NCBI RefSeq assembly: GCF_022846255.1
Contig: NZ_AP025682.1
Direction: 5' to 3' (one strand)
DNA length: 64,000 nucleotides
From: Escherichia coli
GTDB taxonomy: Bacteria > Pseudomonadota > Gammaproteobacteria > Enterobacterales > Enterobacteriaceae
Shown: positions 45,796 to 58,313 of the stretch, piece after piece
Layout: each line of letters starts with the position of its first letter
How positions within the stretch are numbered: the first letter of the stretch is position 1
The notes under the pieces: model-generated
Told to the model about the DNA's origin: nothing
The model's database searches: none
What the model saw: only the letters and a program-made list of their open reading frames with translations
Translations under genes and position numbers: made by a program

Positions 45796-45932
45796 GCACC
45801 AATATGGTGCTTAATGTTCCCATTGAAGCACTATATTGGTGCAACATTCACATCATGGTGCAGCCCTTTTGCACGATGTTAAGCATGATAACGCCTTTTA
45901 GGGGCAATTTAAAAGTTGGCACAGATTTCGCT
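45796..45932 (+). promoter_or_regulatory. glnA control region: NtrC enhancer sites and sigma-54 promoter glnAp2
   Basis: NtrC-type palindromes gcaccaatatggtgc (45796-45812) and gcactatattggtgca (45828-45843); sigma-54 -24/-12 element ttGGCACagatttCGCTt at 45916-45932. Confidence 0.7.
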
Positions 45933-46015
45933 TTATCTTTTTTACGGCGACACGGCCCATTTAATTGCAGATTTCGTTACCACGACGACAATGACCAATC
46001 CAGGAGAGTTAAAGT

Positions 46016-47425
46016 ATGTCCGCTGAACACGTACTGACGATGCTGAACGAGCACGAAGTGAAGTTTGTTGATTTGCGCTTCACCGATACCAAAGGTAAAG
46101 AACAGCACGTCACTATCCCTGCTCATCAGGTGAATGCCGAATTCTTCGAAGAAGGCAAAATGTTTGACGGCTCCTCGATTGGCGGCTGGAAAGGCATTAA
46201 CGAATCCGATATGGTGCTGATGCCAGACGCATCCACCGCAGTGATTGACCCGTTCTTCGCCGATTCTACCCTGATTATCCGTTGCGACATCCTTGAACCT
46301 GGCACCCTGCAAGGCTATGACCGTGACCCGCGCTCTATTGCGAAGCGCGCTGAAGATTACCTGCGTTCTACTGGCATTGCCGACACCGTACTGTTCGGGC
46401 CAGAACCTGAATTCTTCCTGTTCGATGACATCCGTTTCGGATCGTCTATCTCCGGTTCCCACGTTGCTATCGACGATATCGAAGGTGCATGGAACTCCTC
46501 CACCCAATATGAAGGTGGTAACAAAGGTCACCGTCCGGCAGTGAAAGGCGGTTACTTCCCGGTTCCGCCGGTAGACTCAGCTCAGGATATCCGTTCTGAA
46601 ATGTGCCTGGTGATGGAACAGATGGGTCTGGTGGTTGAAGCTCATCACCACGAAGTCGCTACCGCAGGTCAGAACGAAGTGGCTACCCGCTTCAATACCA
46701 TGACCAAAAAAGCTGACGAAATTCAGATCTACAAATATGTCGTGCACAACGTGGCGCACCGTTTCGGTAAGACCGCGACCTTTATGCCAAAACCGATGTT
46801 CGGTGATAACGGTTCCGGTATGCACTGCCACATGTCGCTGTCTAAAAACGGCGTCAACCTGTTTGCTGGCGACAAATACGCAGGTCTGTCTGAGCAGGCA
46901 CTGTACTACATTGGCGGCGTAATCAAACACGCTAAAGCGATTAACGCCCTGGCAAACCCGACCACCAACTCTTACAAGCGTCTGGTCCCGGGCTACGAAG
47001 CACCGGTAATGCTGGCTTACTCTGCGCGTAACCGTTCTGCGTCTATCCGTATTCCGGTGGTTTCTTCTCCGAAAGCACGTCGTATCGAAGTACGTTTCCC
47101 GGACCCGGCGGCTAACCCGTACCTGTGCTTTGCTGCCCTGCTGATGGCCGGTCTTGATGGCATCAAGAACAAGATCCATCCGGGCGAAGCCATGGACAAA
47201 AACCTGTATGACCTGCCGCCAGAAGAAGCGAAAGAGATCCCACAGGTTGCAGGCTCTCTGGAAGAAGCACTGAACGAACTGGATCTGGACCGCGAGTTCC
47301 TGAAAGCTGGTGGCGTGTTCACGGATGAAGCGATCGATGCGTACATCGCTCTGCGTCGCGAAGAAGATGACCGCGTGCGTATGACTCCGCATCCGGTAGA
47401 GTTTGAGCTGTACTACAGCGTCTAA
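46016..47425 (+). CDS. glnA: Glutamine synthetase
   Basis: 469 aa; [60 protein letters not shown]... Confidence 0.95.
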
Positions 47426-47485
47426 TAGTTGAAGTTGTACTACCCGGCGCAACAACGCCGGGATTTAGTTGCCGTGGAAACTTTC

Positions 47486-47510
47486 AGCCCATCTCTGCAT
47501 GGGCTTTTTT
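47486..47510 (+). terminator. Intrinsic terminator after glnA
   Basis: cagcccatctctgcatgggctttttt; the region between the glnA stop and this hairpin is also where the 3'-UTR sRNA GlnZ would lie. Confidence 0.5.
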
Positions 47511-47560
47511 CTCCGTCAATTCTCTGATGCTTCGCGCTTTTTATCCGTAAAAAGCTATAA

Positions 47561-47577
47561 TGCACTAAAATGGTGCA
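47561..47577 (+). promoter_or_regulatory. NtrC site at the glnL promoter
   Basis: tgcactaaaatggtgca (TGCACnnnnnTGGTGCA-like palindrome) about 25 bp upstream of the glnL start. Confidence 0.5.
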
Positions 47578-47598
47578 ACCTGTTCAGGAGACTGCTTT

Positions 47599-48648
47599 AT
47601 GGCAACAGGCACGCAGCCCGATGCTGGGCAGATCCTCAACTCGCTGATTAACAGTATTTTGTTAATTGATGACAATCTGGCGATCCATTACGCCAACCCC
47701 GCCGCGCAACAACTGCTCGCCCAAAGCTCCCGCAAATTGTTTGGTACACCGTTACCGGAACTGTTGAGCTACTTCTCATTAAATATCGAGCTGATGCAAG
47801 AAAGTCTGGAGGCGGGGCAAGGTTTTACCGATAACGAAGTGACGCTGGTCATCGACGGGCGCTCGCATATCCTTTCTGTGACGGCTCAGCGTATGCCGGA
47901 CGGCATGATCCTGCTGGAGATGGCACCGATGGATAACCAGCGCCGCTTAAGTCAGGAACAGCTACAGCACGCCCAGCAGGTTGCTGCCCGTGATTTAGTG
48001 CGCGGCCTGGCACATGAGATTAAAAATCCGCTTGGCGGTTTACGTGGCGCGGCGCAGCTACTCAGCAAAGCATTACCTGACCCGTCACTACTCGAATATA
48101 CCAAAGTGATTATCGAACAGGCGGACCGGCTGCGAAATCTGGTCGACCGTCTGTTGGGGCCGCAGCTGCCCGGTACGCGCATTACCGAAAGTATTCACAA
48201 AGTGGCTGAACGCGTGGTGACGCTGGTGTCGATGGAACTGCCGAACAACGTGCGGTTGATTCGGGATTACGACCCCAGCCTGCCGGAACTGGCGCACGAC
48301 CCGGATCAAATTGAACAGGTCTTGCTGAATATTGTGCGCAATGCGCTACAGGCGCTGGGGCCGGAGGGTGGTGAAATCATTCTGCGTACCCGCACAGCGT
48401 TTCAACTGACCTTACACGGCGAGCGCTATCGGCTGGCGGCGCGGATTGATGTGGAAGATAACGGGCCGGGCATTCCGCCTCATTTGCAGGATACGCTGTT
48501 TTACCCGATGGTCAGCGGCCGCGAAGGTGGCACCGGGCTTGGCTTATCCATCGCCCGTAATTTGATTGATCAGCATTCAGGCAAAATTGAATTTACCAGT
48601 TGGCCAGGTCATACCGAGTTCTCGGTTTACCTGCCTATCAGGAAATAA
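47599..48648 (+). CDS. glnL: Nitrogen-regulation sensor kinase NtrB
   Basis: 349 aa; PAS region, H-box [14 protein letters not shown], HATPase (DNGPGIP...GTGLGL). Confidence 0.95.
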   Translation: MATGTQPDAGQILNSLINSILLIDDNLAIHYANPAAQQLLAQSSRKLFGTPLPELLSYFSLNIELMQESLEAGQGFTDNEVTLVIDGRSHILSVTAQRMPDGMILLEMAPMDNQRRLSQEQLQHAQQVAARDLVRGLAHEIKNPLGGLRGAAQLLSKALPDPSLLEYTKVIIEQADRLRNLVDRLLGPQLPGTRITESIHKVAERVVTLVSMELPNNVRLIRDYDPSLPELAHDPDQIEQVLLNIVRNALQALGPEGGEIILRTRTAFQLTLHGERYRLAARIDVEDNGPGIPPHLQDTLFYPMVSGREGGTGLGLSIARNLIDQHSGKIEFTSWPGHTEFSVYLPIRK

Positions 48649-48659
48649 AGGTGACGTTT

Positions 48660-50069
48660 ATGCAACGAGGGATAGTCTGGGTAGTCGATGACGATAGTTC
48701 CATCCGTTGGGTGCTTGAACGTGCGCTCGCTGGAGCGGGTTTAACCTGTACGACATTTGAGAACGGCGCGGAAGTACTGGAGGCGCTGGCGAGCAAAACG
48801 CCGGATGTGCTGCTTTCAGATATCCGTATGCCGGGAATGGACGGGCTGGCGCTGCTCAAGCAGATTAAACAGCGCCATCCGATGCTTCCGGTCATCATTA
48901 TGACCGCACATTCCGATCTGGATGCTGCCGTCAGCGCCTATCAACAAGGGGCATTTGATTATCTGCCCAAACCGTTTGATATCGACGAAGCCGTGGCGCT
49001 GGTTGAGCGCGCCATCAGTCATTACCAGGAACAGCAGCAGCCGCGTAATGTTCAGCTTAACGGCCCAACGACCGATATCATCGGTGAAGCGCCAGCCATG
49101 CAGGACGTGTTCCGGATTATCGGTCGGCTTTCGCGTTCTTCTATTAGCGTGCTGATTAACGGCGAATCCGGCACCGGTAAAGAACTGGTCGCTCATGCCC
49201 TGCATCGCCACAGTCCGCGAGCCAAAGCGCCGTTTATCGCGCTCAATATGGCGGCTATCCCGAAGGATTTGATCGAATCCGAACTGTTTGGTCACGAGAA
49301 AGGCGCATTTACCGGCGCGAATACCATTCGTCAGGGGCGTTTTGAACAGGCTGATGGCGGTACATTATTTCTTGATGAAATTGGCGATATGCCGCTGGAT
49401 GTGCAGACGCGTTTGCTGCGCGTGCTGGCAGACGGTCAGTTTTATCGCGTTGGCGGCTATGCGCCGGTGAAAGTAGATGTGCGGATTATCGCTGCCACTC
49501 ACCAGAATCTTGAACAGCGGGTGCAGGAAGGCAAGTTCCGTGAGGATCTGTTCCACCGCCTGAACGTCATCCGCGTTCATCTGCCGCCACTGCGCGAACG
49601 TCGGGAAGATATTCCCCGTCTGGCACGCCATTTTTTACAGGTTGCCGCGCGAGAGCTGGGCGTAGAAGCGAAGTTGCTGCATCCGGAAACCGAAGCCGCG
49701 CTGACGCGTCTGGCGTGGCCAGGCAACGTGCGCCAGCTGGAAAACACCTGTCGCTGGCTAACGGTGATGGCTGCCGGACAGGAAGTGTTGATTCAGGATT
49801 TGCCTGGCGAACTGTTTGAATCAAACGTACCGGAAAGCACTTCACACATGCAGCCGGACAGTTGGGCAACGCTGTTAGCACAGTGGGCAGACAGAGCGCT
49901 GCGTTCCGGTCATCAAAACCTGCTTTCCGAAGCACAGCCAGAGCTGGAAAGGACGTTACTGACCACCGCGCTGCGACATACGCAGGGGCATAAACAGGAA
50001 GCGGCGCGGCTACTTGGCTGGGGTCGCAACACCCTGACGCGTAAGTTAAAAGAGCTGGGGATGGAGTGA
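48660..50069 (+). CDS. glnG: Sigma-54-dependent response regulator NtrC
   Basis: [25 protein letters not shown]...; AAA+ region with GESGTGKE and GAFTGA, C-terminal HTH; 469 aa from the internal Met. Confidence 0.95.
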   Translation: MQRGIVWVVDDDSSIRWVLERALAGAGLTCTTFENGAEVLEALASKTPDVLLSDIRMPGMDGLALLKQIKQRHPMLPVIIMTAHSDLDAAVSAYQQGAFDYLPKPFDIDEAVALVERAISHYQEQQQPRNVQLNGPTTDIIGEAPAMQDVFRIIGRLSRSSISVLINGESGTGKELVAHALHRHSPRAKAPFIALNMAAIPKDLIESELFGHEKGAFTGANTIRQGRFEQADGGTLFLDEIGDMPLDVQTRLLRVLADGQFYRVGGYAPVKVDVRIIAATHQNLEQRVQEGKFREDLFHRLNVIRVHLPPLRERREDIPRLARHFLQVAARELGVEAKLLHPETEAALTRLAWPGNVRQLENTCRWLTVMAAGQEVLIQDLPGELFESNVPESTSHMQPDSWATLLAQWADRALRSGHQNLLSEAQPELERTLLTTALRHTQGHKQEAARLLGWGRNTLTRKLKELGME

Positions 50070-50180
50070 TTCACGGCTTGTGTGTAAAGATTGATTATTG
50101 AGCGCAAATTGCTGGTATTTTGCGCTTTACTGTTCCGATAAGTTCAGTATGATCTTGCCCGGAAAACGGGGAGAGTCATT

Positions 50181-50291
50181 ATGCTGGAATCAATAATTAA
50201 TCTGGTATCGAGTGGCGCAGTTGACAGCCACACACCGCAAACTGCTGTTGCTGCCGTGCTGTGTGCCGCGATGATAGGGCTGTTTAGCTGA
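50181..50291 (+). CDS. yshB: Small membrane protein (36 aa), YshB-like
   Basis: ATG preceded by ggggagagtcatt; MLESIINLVSSGAVDSHTPQTAVAAVLCAAMIGLFS; below the 60-aa cutoff of the supplied ORF track; recalled as the K-12 small protein YshB. Confidence 0.5.
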   Translation: MLESIINLVSSGAVDSHTPQTAVAAVLCAAMIGLFS

Positions 50292-50306
50292 AGCTCGTTG
50301 TTTACG

Positions 50307-50458
<152 letters not shown>

Positions 50459-50523
50459 TCTTGTTCTCAGCACATTGATGGCGCTTTCGTTTTCTACTTT
50501 GTAAACGAAGCGCCATTCACAAT

Positions 50524-51897
50524 TTAAATCACCCGAGAGAACTGCTGCATCCGCGCTTTCTGGCGCAGATAGGTATCAAAGCACATGCAAATGTTGCGGA
50601 TAAGCAGGCGACCTTTCGCCGTCACCTGAATCCCCTTCTCATCCACATCCACCAGCCCATCTTTTGCTAACGGGGCGAGCAGCTTGAGATCTTCCGCAAA
50701 GTAATCAGCGAAGTACAAATCCCACTGTTGCTCAATCGGAGCGTAATCCAGACGGAAGTTGCAGATGAGCGACTTAATCACATCGCGGCGAATACAGTCA
50801 TCACGCGTTAGCGCAATACCACGCCACAGCGCATTGCCTTGTTCATCCACTTGCTGATAGTACTGCTTCAACTCTTTCTGGTTCTGCGCGTAGCAGTCGC
50901 CAATCATGCTGATGGCGGAAACGCCCATCCCCAGCAAATCGGTATCGCCCTGAGTGGTATAGCCCTGGAAGTTACGATGCAACACGCCTTCGCGCTGGGC
51001 CACTGCCAGCTCGTCATCAGGGCGAGCAAAGTGATCCATACCGATAAACTGATAGCCCGATTGTGTCAGGAAGGCGATGGTTTCCTGCAAGATATCGAGT
51101 TTTTGTTGCGGACTCGGCAAGTCAGCATCTTTGATTTTGCGTTGGGCGGCAAAAATAGTTGGCAGATGCGCGTAGTTAAAGACGCTCAGACGGTCAGGGT
51201 TCAGTTCCGCCACGCGTTTCAGGGTAAAGGCGAAACTCTCCGGCGTCTGTTTCGGCAGGCCGTAAATCAGGTCGATGTTGGTGGAGGTAAAACCAATCTC
51301 ACGCGCATGGTTAAGCAGTGCAAAGATGAACTCTTCATCCTGCTCGCGGTTAACCAGACGTTGCACTTCTTTGTTGAAGTCCTGCACGCCCATGCTCAGG
51401 CGATTAAAGCCTTCGGCGCGTAAATGATCGAGTACATCCAGTTCGATTTCCCGCGGATCGACTTCGATCGAAATCTCCGCATCGGCATTGAACTGGAAGT
51501 TTTCGCGCAGCAGCTTCATCAGGCGGCTGATTTGCGCTTTATTCAGATACGTCGGCGTTCCGCCGCCCCAGTGCAATTGGCTGACGTGACGCCCGGCGAA
51601 CAGCGGTGCACGATGGACGATTTCTTGCTCCAGCGCGTCCAGATACTGATCGGCCTTGTGCTGCTGGCGAGTAACAATCTTATTGCAACCGCAGAAGTAA
51701 CAAAGCTTATGGCAGAACGGAATATGTACGTAGAGAGATAATGGACGCTCAGGATAGCGCGCCACGGCTTGTAAAAACGCCTGTTCGCCGAAGTCTTCTG
51801 AAAACTCCAGCGCGGTCGGGTACGAGGTGTATCGTGGCCCGGAATAGTTATATTTCTGGATCAGGGCCAGATCCCAGTCGATTTGCTGTACAGACAT
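50524..51897 (-). CDS. hemN: Oxygen-independent coproporphyrinogen III oxidase (radical SAM)
   Basis: MSVQQIDWDLALIQKYNYSGPRYTSYPTALEF...; radical-SAM motif CHKLCYFCGC; 457 aa. Confidence 0.9.
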   Translation of the reverse strand: MSVQQIDWDLALIQKYNYSGPRYTSYPTALEFSEDFGEQAFLQAVARYPERPLSLYVHIPFCHKLCYFCGCNKIVTRQQHKADQYLDALEQEIVHRAPLFAGRHVSQLHWGGGTPTYLNKAQISRLMKLLRENFQFNADAEISIEVDPREIELDVLDHLRAEGFNRLSMGVQDFNKEVQRLVNREQDEEFIFALLNHAREIGFTSTNIDLIYGLPKQTPESFAFTLKRVAELNPDRLSVFNYAHLPTIFAAQRKIKDADLPSPQQKLDILQETIAFLTQSGYQFIGMDHFARPDDELAVAQREGVLHRNFQGYTTQGDTDLLGMGVSAISMIGDCYAQNQKELKQYYQQVDEQGNALWRGIALTRDDCIRRDVIKSLICNFRLDYAPIEQQWDLYFADYFAEDLKLLAPLAKDGLVDVDEKGIQVTAKGRLLIRNICMCFDTYLRQKARMQQFSRVI

Positions 51898-52085
51898 GCT
51901 CACTCCTTCCGATGGCGTCTCTGGCGGCTACGGCGTACCGGCGGATGCCCGTTTCGGGTCATCAGCCGGTTGCGCAGCCACTTTTGTCGCCGCGACAACC
52001 GCTGTAGTTTAACGAATAACCACACCAGATAACATATAACCGGAAGGGTTATCAGCAGAACGGGAAGGCCCACGGCGGCAATCCG

Positions 52086-52595
52086 TTAGTTGCCCCGCAG
52101 CAGACGCATCATGTCTTCTTGCTTCTCGTCTTCTTCCTCTTCTTCGTCATCGTCATAAGAGAGGCCGAGTTTCTGCATCAACTCATCAATACGATCCAGT
52201 TTGGCATCCACCCAGGATTGCTCTTCGGCGCTCAGGGTTTTGCCTGCTTCCAGACGTTCCAGCAGCGCATCCAGACGCTCATCCGTTTCCAGTAACTCCA
52301 ACTCCGCCTTCGGTGAAAGCATAGGTTTCTCACTCTTCGGTTTGTGCTGTTTGGTGACTTTTTCAGTCACGCCCAATGGAATAGGGGTTTTACTGCCAAT
52401 ACGTGGATCTTTTGGTGCGTTCTGACCTTTGCTGCCTGACGTGGTGTTACCGCCCGCTGCGCGGCTGCCCGGCGCATGACCACGACGTTTTTTCTGACGC
52501 TTACGGTCACGAGCTTCCTGATCCAGCTCCTCGCGTGTTTTTCGACGCGCTTTTGCATGACCTTTGCTGCGTGAGTTTGAAGATGATGGTTTCAT
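52086..52595 (-). CDS. yihI: Der GTPase-activating protein YihI
   Basis: [39 protein letters not shown]...; acidic C-terminus [16 protein letters not shown]; 169 aa from the internal Met. Confidence 0.9.
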   Translation of the reverse strand: MKPSSSNSRSKGHAKARRKTREELDQEARDRKRQKKRRGHAPGSRAAGGNTTSGSKGQNAPKDPRIGSKTPIPLGVTEKVTKQHKPKSEKPMLSPKAELELLETDERLDALLERLEAGKTLSAEEQSWVDAKLDRIDELMQKLGLSYDDDEEEEEDEKQEDMMRLLRGN

Positions 52596-52666
52596 AATGG
52601 TTCGTCTTTTAGCCGTTTTATTCAGTATAGATTTGCGGCGGAATCTAACAGAAAGCAAGCAAAGAA

Positions 52667-52906
52667 AAAAGGCGACAGATTACTCTGTCGCCTTTTTTCC
52701 TGACTCATAACCCTTAACGGGTCTTACAATCCTTGCAGGCCGCCAACACACCCTGTTTTTCCATTAGCCGGAACAATCCGTGTTGATTCCATTTCCATTT
52801 AATTACGTCTCCGGACGTTTATCTTCCTGACAATCCTCTGTCTTCGCCTCCTGGCGCTCCTGACCCTCATCCTGAGTCATTGTTCCTGTTAGCGTCCTCG
52901 CTCTAT
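52667..52906 (-). ncRNA. csrC: CsrC, CsrA-sequestering sRNA
   Basis: Intergenic yihI–engB, the known csrC locus; minus strand carries many GGA motifs (plus-strand TCC: atccttgc, tctccgga, cttcctga, atcctctg, ctcctggc, ctcctgac, atcctgag, gttcctgt); ends at terminator ggcgacagagtaatctgtcgcc + T-run; 5' end approximate. Confidence 0.6.
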
Positions 52907-53161
52907 GGGTGCTACTTTACGCCTTTGCTTTAAATAAACAATCAACCGCCATCAGTATTTGCACATTTTCAGAGTTTTATATAAAAGCAATTCACTGATT
53001 TATATAGCTTATTTGACATGCGTCGCAGAATTTTCTCTGCTATTTCGCATAAAGACTATCGGCAATGTCTCACAAAGCATATGGCTTTTACTTACAACGC
53101 TCACGCCGAAAAATCCGCCTTTTATTATGGTTCAGGTATAATCGCCGCAAAGCTTTGACTG

Positions 53162-53809
53162 ATGGAGACGACCGCTTTGACTAATTTGAATTATCAACAG
53201 ACGCATTTTGTGATGAGTGCGCCTGATATTCGCCACCTACCTTCCGATACCGGAATTGAAGTGGCTTTTGCAGGCCGTTCCAACGCAGGTAAATCCAGCG
53301 CGCTGAACACGCTGACTAACCAGAAAAGCCTGGCTCGTACCTCAAAAACCCCAGGGCGCACCCAGCTTATCAACCTGTTTGAAGTGGCTGACGGCAAGCG
53401 TCTGGTTGACTTGCCTGGATACGGTTATGCGGAAGTCCCGGAAGAGATGAAGCGCAAATGGCAGCGCGCGCTCGGCGAGTACCTCGAAAAACGTCAGAGC
53501 CTGCAAGGTCTGGTGGTGCTAATGGATATTCGCCATCCGCTGAAAGATTTGGATCAGCAGATGATTGAGTGGGCGGTAGACAGCAATATCGCCGTGCTGG
53601 TACTGCTGACCAAAGCGGACAAACTGGCAAGCGGCGCACGTAAAGCGCAATTGAATATGGTGCGTGAAGCGGTGCTGGCGTTTAACGGTGATGTGCAGGT
53701 TGAAACGTTTTCTTCGCTGAAGAAACAAGGCGTGGACAAGCTGCGGCAGAAACTGGATACCTGGTTTAGCGAGATGCAGCCTGTAGAAGAAACGCAGGAC
53801 GGCGAATAA
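53162..53809 (+). CDS. engB: Ribosome-biogenesis GTPase EngB (YihA)
   Basis: ...[45 protein letters not shown]... (G1 GRSNAGKSS); the annotated start may be an internal TTG. Confidence 0.9.
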
Positions 53810-53831
53810 TTTTCTTGCCTTAATGCTTGTG

Positions 53832-53910
53832 CCGGATGTGGCGTATCCGGCCCGTAAATTCAATAGATTACAATTCTACCGTTGGCCTGATAAACATGGC
53901 GTATCAGGCA
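53832..53910. repeat. REP elements between engB and spf
   Basis: gccggatgtggcgtatccggcc ... ggcctgataaacatggcgtatcaggc. Confidence 0.55.
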
Positions 53911-53934
53911 TTACGGATCTTTTCTTTCGCCCAA

Positions 53935-54043
53935 TAAAAAACGCCCCAGTCATTACTGACTGGGGCGGCTAAAATATTCAGCCAAATCCGATTACGTGAA
54001 GTAAAAGGTCTGAAAGATAGAACATCTTACCTCTGTACCCTAC
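53935..54043 (-). ncRNA. spf: Spot 42 sRNA
   Basis: Minus-strand sequence GTAGGGTACAGAGGTAAGATGTTCTATCTTTCAGACCTTTTACTTCACGTAATCGGATTTGGCTGAATATTTTAGCCGCCCCAGTCAGTAATGACTGGGGCGTTTTTTA matches Spot 42 as recalled, including its terminator; location between polA and engB. Confidence 0.85.
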
Positions 54044-54190
54044 GCGACTAACTTTACTCTTTTTTGTTCAGTTCAGAAAGCATTTTTTGTAATTTTTTTT
54101 CAGTTGTTGCATAGGAATTTCTAATAGCCATCACAAAACGTGACAGCTTATGTTGCTTACTTACGAAAAAAGGGCATGTTCAGGCGAATC

Positions 54191-56977
54191 TTAGTGCGCC
54201 TGATCCCAGTTTTCGCCACTCCCCACTTCCACCAGTAACGGCACATCCAGACGGGTACAGTTTTCCATCAGTTGATGAATCTGCTTCGCGACGGCATCGA
54301 CATCATCTTTATGGACTTCAAATACCAGTTCATCGTGTACCTGCATGATCATACGCACACGCGGTTGCTCAGCCTGTAGCCACGCATCAACGGCAATCAT
54401 CGCCCGTTTGATAATGTCGGCGGCGGTTCCCTGCATTGGCGCGTTAATGGCTGCACGTTCAGCCGCTGCACGACGAGCACCATTGCTGGATTTGATATCC
54501 GGCAGATACAGACGGCGTCCGTCCAGCGTTTCAACGTAGCCCTGCTCTTTCGCCTGAGCACGGGTGCGTTCCATATACTCCAGCACGCCAGGGTAGCGTT
54601 CGAAGTAAAGGTCCATGTACTTCTGCGCTTCTTTACGTGGAATGTTCAATTGCCGCGCCAGACCGAAAGCACTCATGCCATAAATCAGACCAAAGTTGAT
54701 CGCTTTTGCACTACGACGTTGCTCGCTGGTGACGGTTTCCAGTGGCAAACCAAACACTTCTGCCGCCGTTGCACGGTGGATATCTTTTCCTTCCGCGAAT
54801 GCGGTCAGCAAGCCTTTGTCACGCGAGAGATGCGCCATAATGCGCAGTTCAATCTGCGAGTAGTCCGCTGAGACAATCACATAATCCTCTGGCGCAATAA
54901 ACGCCTGGCGGATACGGCGACCTTCTTCGTTACGCACCGGAATGTTTTGCAGGTTAGGATCGGTTGACGATAAACGTCCCGTTGCGGTTACTGCCTGGTG
55001 ATAAGAGGTATGTACACGCCCGGTTTTCGGGTTGATCATCAACGGCAGCTTGTCGGTGTAGGTCGATTTCAGCTTCGCCAGACCACGATACTCCAGAATC
55101 ACTTTTGGCAACGGATAGTCCAGCGCCAGTTCTTCCAGTACCTCTTCCGACGTTGACGGCGCGCCACCCGGAGTTTTCTTCAGCGGTTTAATGCCCTGTT
55201 TTTCAAACAGAATGGTTTGTAACTGCTTGGTGGAAGAAAGGTTAAATTCTTCACCTGCAATTTCATGCGCTTTCTTTTCCAGCTCAGCCAGACGCAAGGT
55301 GAGCTCTTCAGAGTGATTGTGCAGCACTTTCGGATCGATCTTCACACCGTTACGTTCAATGCGTGAAAGCACCGGCACCAGCGGCATTTCGATATTCTCG
55401 AAGACGTTCAACGGCCCTTTGTGTTTTTGCAGATCCGGCCACATTTTCAGATGCAACTGCAAGGTGACATCTGCATCTTCGGCGGCGTAACGCCCGGCTT
55501 CTTCGAGGGCAATCTGGTTAAAGGTCAGTTGATTTTTGCCTTTACCCGCAATCTCTTCAAAAGTGATGGTTTTGTGCTTCAACCAACGTTCCGCGAGGCT
55601 GTCCATATCGTGACGCCCGGCAACGCTATTGAGAATGTAGGACTCCAGCATGGTATCAAACGCAATCCCACGTAGTTCAATGCCGTAGTTCGCCAGAATA
55701 CCGCGATCGTATTTCAGGTTTTGCCCGACCTTCAGCGCCTTTTCATCTTCCAGCAGCGGTTTTAGCAACTCGAGTGCACGCTCGCGAGAGATTTGATCGG
55801 GCGCATCAAGATAATCATGAGCAACCGGAATATATGCCGCTACGCCTGGCTCGATAGCAAAAGAAAGCCCGACCAGGTTAGCAGAGATGTTATCAAGGCT
55901 GTCAGTTTCGGTATCAAATGCAAATACCGGCGCTTTTTCCAGCTTCGCAATCCACTCTTTCAGTGTTTCTTCATCAAGGATGGTGACGTAGTTGTCATAA
56001 GAAATCACCGTTGCCGTCACTTCTGGCGCTTCGTCTGCAACACTGGTTTCCTGCGGCCTGGCTGCGGGTTTCGCCCCTTTAGCCTGTAGCCATTTTCCCG
56101 CTTCGACATCAGCAGTCCAGCGTTTGAACTCATACTTTTTGAACAGCCCTAACAACTCTTCCGCCGCCGGTGGCTGCACTTCCAGTTGTTCACAGGTCAG
56201 CTCCAGTTCAACGTCGGTTTTAATCGTCGCCAGCTGGTATGAGAGATAAGCAACTTCTTTGTTTTGCTCGAGCTTCGCTGCCATTGTTTTCGCGCCACGG
56301 AAGCTCAACCCAGCAATTTTTTCTGGCTCGGCATACAGCGTATCCAGCCCGCCAAGACCTTGCAGCAATGCCTGCGCGGTTTTTTCACCGACGCCCGGTA
56401 CGCCAGGAATGTTATCAGAGGAGTCACCCATCAGCGCCAGGAAATCGATGATCAGTTCTGGCGGCACGCCGTACTTATTCACCACCTCTTCCGGTCCGAG
56501 GATGGTATTCGTCATGGTGTTGATAAGCGTGATATTTGGTGTCACCAGCTGCGCCATATCTTTATCGCCAGTGCTGATCAGCACCGGACGCCCGGCTTTT
56601 TCGGCTTCGCGCGCCAGAGTACCAATAACGTCGTCCGCTTCTACGCCAGAAACCGCCAGCAGCGGCAGTCCCATCGCTTTAACCATCGCGTGCAGAGGTT
56701 CGATTTGTGCTCGCAGATCGTCCGGCATTGGCGGGCGATGTGATTTGTAATGTTCAAACAGTTCATCACGAAAGGTTTTTCCCTTGGCGTCAAAGACCAC
56801 CGCTGCATGCGTCGGTTTATATTGCATGATCAGACTGCGCAGCATGTTGAGGACACCATACATCGCACCGGTCGGCTCGCCTGCGCTGTTAGTCAGCGGG
56901 GGAAACGCGTGATATGCGCGATAAAGGTAAGATGAACCATCTACAAGGATAAGTGGATTTTGGGGGATCTGAACCAT
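54191..56977 (-). CDS. polA: DNA polymerase I
   Basis: 928 aa; [47 protein letters not shown]...; 5'-nuclease, 3'-5' exonuclease and polymerase domains. Confidence 0.95.
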   Translation of the reverse strand: MVQIPQNPLILVDGSSYLYRAYHAFPPLTNSAGEPTGAMYGVLNMLRSLIMQYKPTHAAVVFDAKGKTFRDELFEHYKSHRPPMPDDLRAQIEPLHAMVKAMGLPLLAVSGVEADDVIGTLAREAEKAGRPVLISTGDKDMAQLVTPNITLINTMTNTILGPEEVVNKYGVPPELIIDFLALMGDSSDNIPGVPGVGEKTAQALLQGLGGLDTLYAEPEKIAGLSFRGAKTMAAKLEQNKEVAYLSYQLATIKTDVELELTCEQLEVQPPAAEELLGLFKKYEFKRWTADVEAGKWLQAKGAKPAARPQETSVADEAPEVTATVISYDNYVTILDEETLKEWIAKLEKAPVFAFDTETDSLDNISANLVGLSFAIEPGVAAYIPVAHDYLDAPDQISRERALELLKPLLEDEKALKVGQNLKYDRGILANYGIELRGIAFDTMLESYILNSVAGRHDMDSLAERWLKHKTITFEEIAGKGKNQLTFNQIALEEAGRYAAEDADVTLQLHLKMWPDLQKHKGPLNVFENIEMPLVPVLSRIERNGVKIDPKVLHNHSEELTLRLAELEKKAHEIAGEEFNLSSTKQLQTILFEKQGIKPLKKTPGGAPSTSEEVLEELALDYPLPKVILEYRGLAKLKSTYTDKLPLMINPKTGRVHTSYHQAVTATGRLSSTDPNLQNIPVRNEEGRRIRQAFIAPEDYVIVSADYSQIELRIMAHLSRDKGLLTAFAEGKDIHRATAAEVFGLPLETVTSEQRRSAKAINFGLIYGMSAFGLARQLNIPRKEAQKYMDLYFERYPGVLEYMERTRAQAKEQGYVETLDGRRLYLPDIKSSNGARRAAAERAAINAPMQGTAADIIKRAMIAVDAWLQAEQPRVRMIMQVHDELVFEVHKDDVDAVAKQIHQLMENCTRLDVPLLVEVGSGENWDQAH

Positions 56978-57340
56978 AATGTCCGTGCCTGTTTATCAGA
57001 TTATGGGTAAAGGATGCCACAGACAGGATGAAAACATGAGTTTTTCACCGCTTTTCGTGAAAATCTTTTGTAGATCTTCTGGATCGCTCGCAAATCGTCA
57101 TGTGGATAACTTTGTGCATAAATTATTTACATCGCTTTTAATTTATTATCATGCTTTTTACAGCATGGTGTTTGTCTTTGTTTTTCATGCAGTTAAAAAT
57201 AAAGCCATCCCTAATAATTGAGATAATGGGATTTTTTCTAATGTGGATAGATATGAATTATTTTTCTCCTTAAGGATCATCCGTTATTTGGGTCGTTTTC
57301 TGCTAAAATCTGCGCCTTGCGCTTCTTTAGCGCACTGTCT

Positions 57341-58273
57341 ATGGCTAACCTTTTGAATAAATTCATTATGACGAGAATACTCGCTGCGATAACCCTTTTG
57401 CTGAGTATCGTATTGACCATTTTGGTCACTATTTTTTGTTCCGTCCCGATCATCATTGCCGGGATTGTAAAACTATTGCTACCTGTGCCAGTCATTTGGC
57501 GAAAGGTTTCGCGTTTTTGTGATTTTATGATGTATTGCTGGTGTGAAGGTCTGGCGGTATTACTGCATCTGAACCCATACCTGCAATGGGAAGTTCACGG
57601 GCTGGAAGGGTTAAGTAAGAAGAACTGGTATCTGCTTATTTGTAACCACCGTAGTTGGGCAGATATTGTCGTACTGTGCGTGCTGTTTCGTAAGCACATT
57701 CCGATGAATAAATATTTCCTCAAGCAGCAGCTGGCCTGGGTGCCTTTTCTTGGCCTGGCGTGCTGGGCGCTGGATATGCCGTTTATGAAGCGTTATTCCC
57801 GCGCTTATTTATTACGTCATCCGGAGCGACGTGGTAAAGATGTCGAAACCACTCGGCGTTCTTGTGAAAAGTTTCGCCTGCATCCCACCACCATTGTCAA
57901 TTTCGTTGAAGGCTCCCGTTTCACGCAAGAAAAACATCAGCAAACCCACTCCACTTTTCAAAACTTGTTGCCACCAAAGGCGGCAGGCATTGCGATGGCG
58001 CTAAATGTACTGGGTAAACAATTCGATAAACTGCTTAATGTTACGCTGTGTTATCCGGACAATAACCGTCAGCCGTTCTTCGATATGTTAAGCGGTAAAC
58101 TGACGCGGATTGTCGTACATGTGGATTTACAGCCTATTGCCGATGAGTTACATGGCGACTACATCAATGACAAAAGCTTTAAGCGCCATTTTCAGCAATG
58201 GCTGAACTCACTGTGGCAGGAAAAAGACCGGCTTCTGACGTCGTTGATGTCATCACAGCGGCAGGACAAGTAA
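57341..58273 (+). CDS. yihG: Putative acyltransferase YihG (PlsC family)
   Basis: [28 protein letters not shown]...; acyltransferase motif NHRSWADI; 310 aa from the internal Met. Confidence 0.85.
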   Translation: MANLLNKFIMTRILAAITLLLSIVLTILVTIFCSVPIIIAGIVKLLLPVPVIWRKVSRFCDFMMYCWCEGLAVLLHLNPYLQWEVHGLEGLSKKNWYLLICNHRSWADIVVLCVLFRKHIPMNKYFLKQQLAWVPFLGLACWALDMPFMKRYSRAYLLRHPERRGKDVETTRRSCEKFRLHPTTIVNFVEGSRFTQEKHQQTHSTFQNLLPPKAAGIAMALNVLGKQFDKLLNVTLCYPDNNRQPFFDMLSGKLTRIVVHVDLQPIADELHGDYINDKSFKRHFQQWLNSLWQEKDRLLTSLMSSQRQDK

Positions 58274-58313
58274 ATTTTGCTCGCCTCTGAATGAGCAGAG
58301 GCGAGTGAGTATT

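Noticed and set aside
46577-47455. 292-aa minus-strand ORF
   Set aside because: Antisense to glnA
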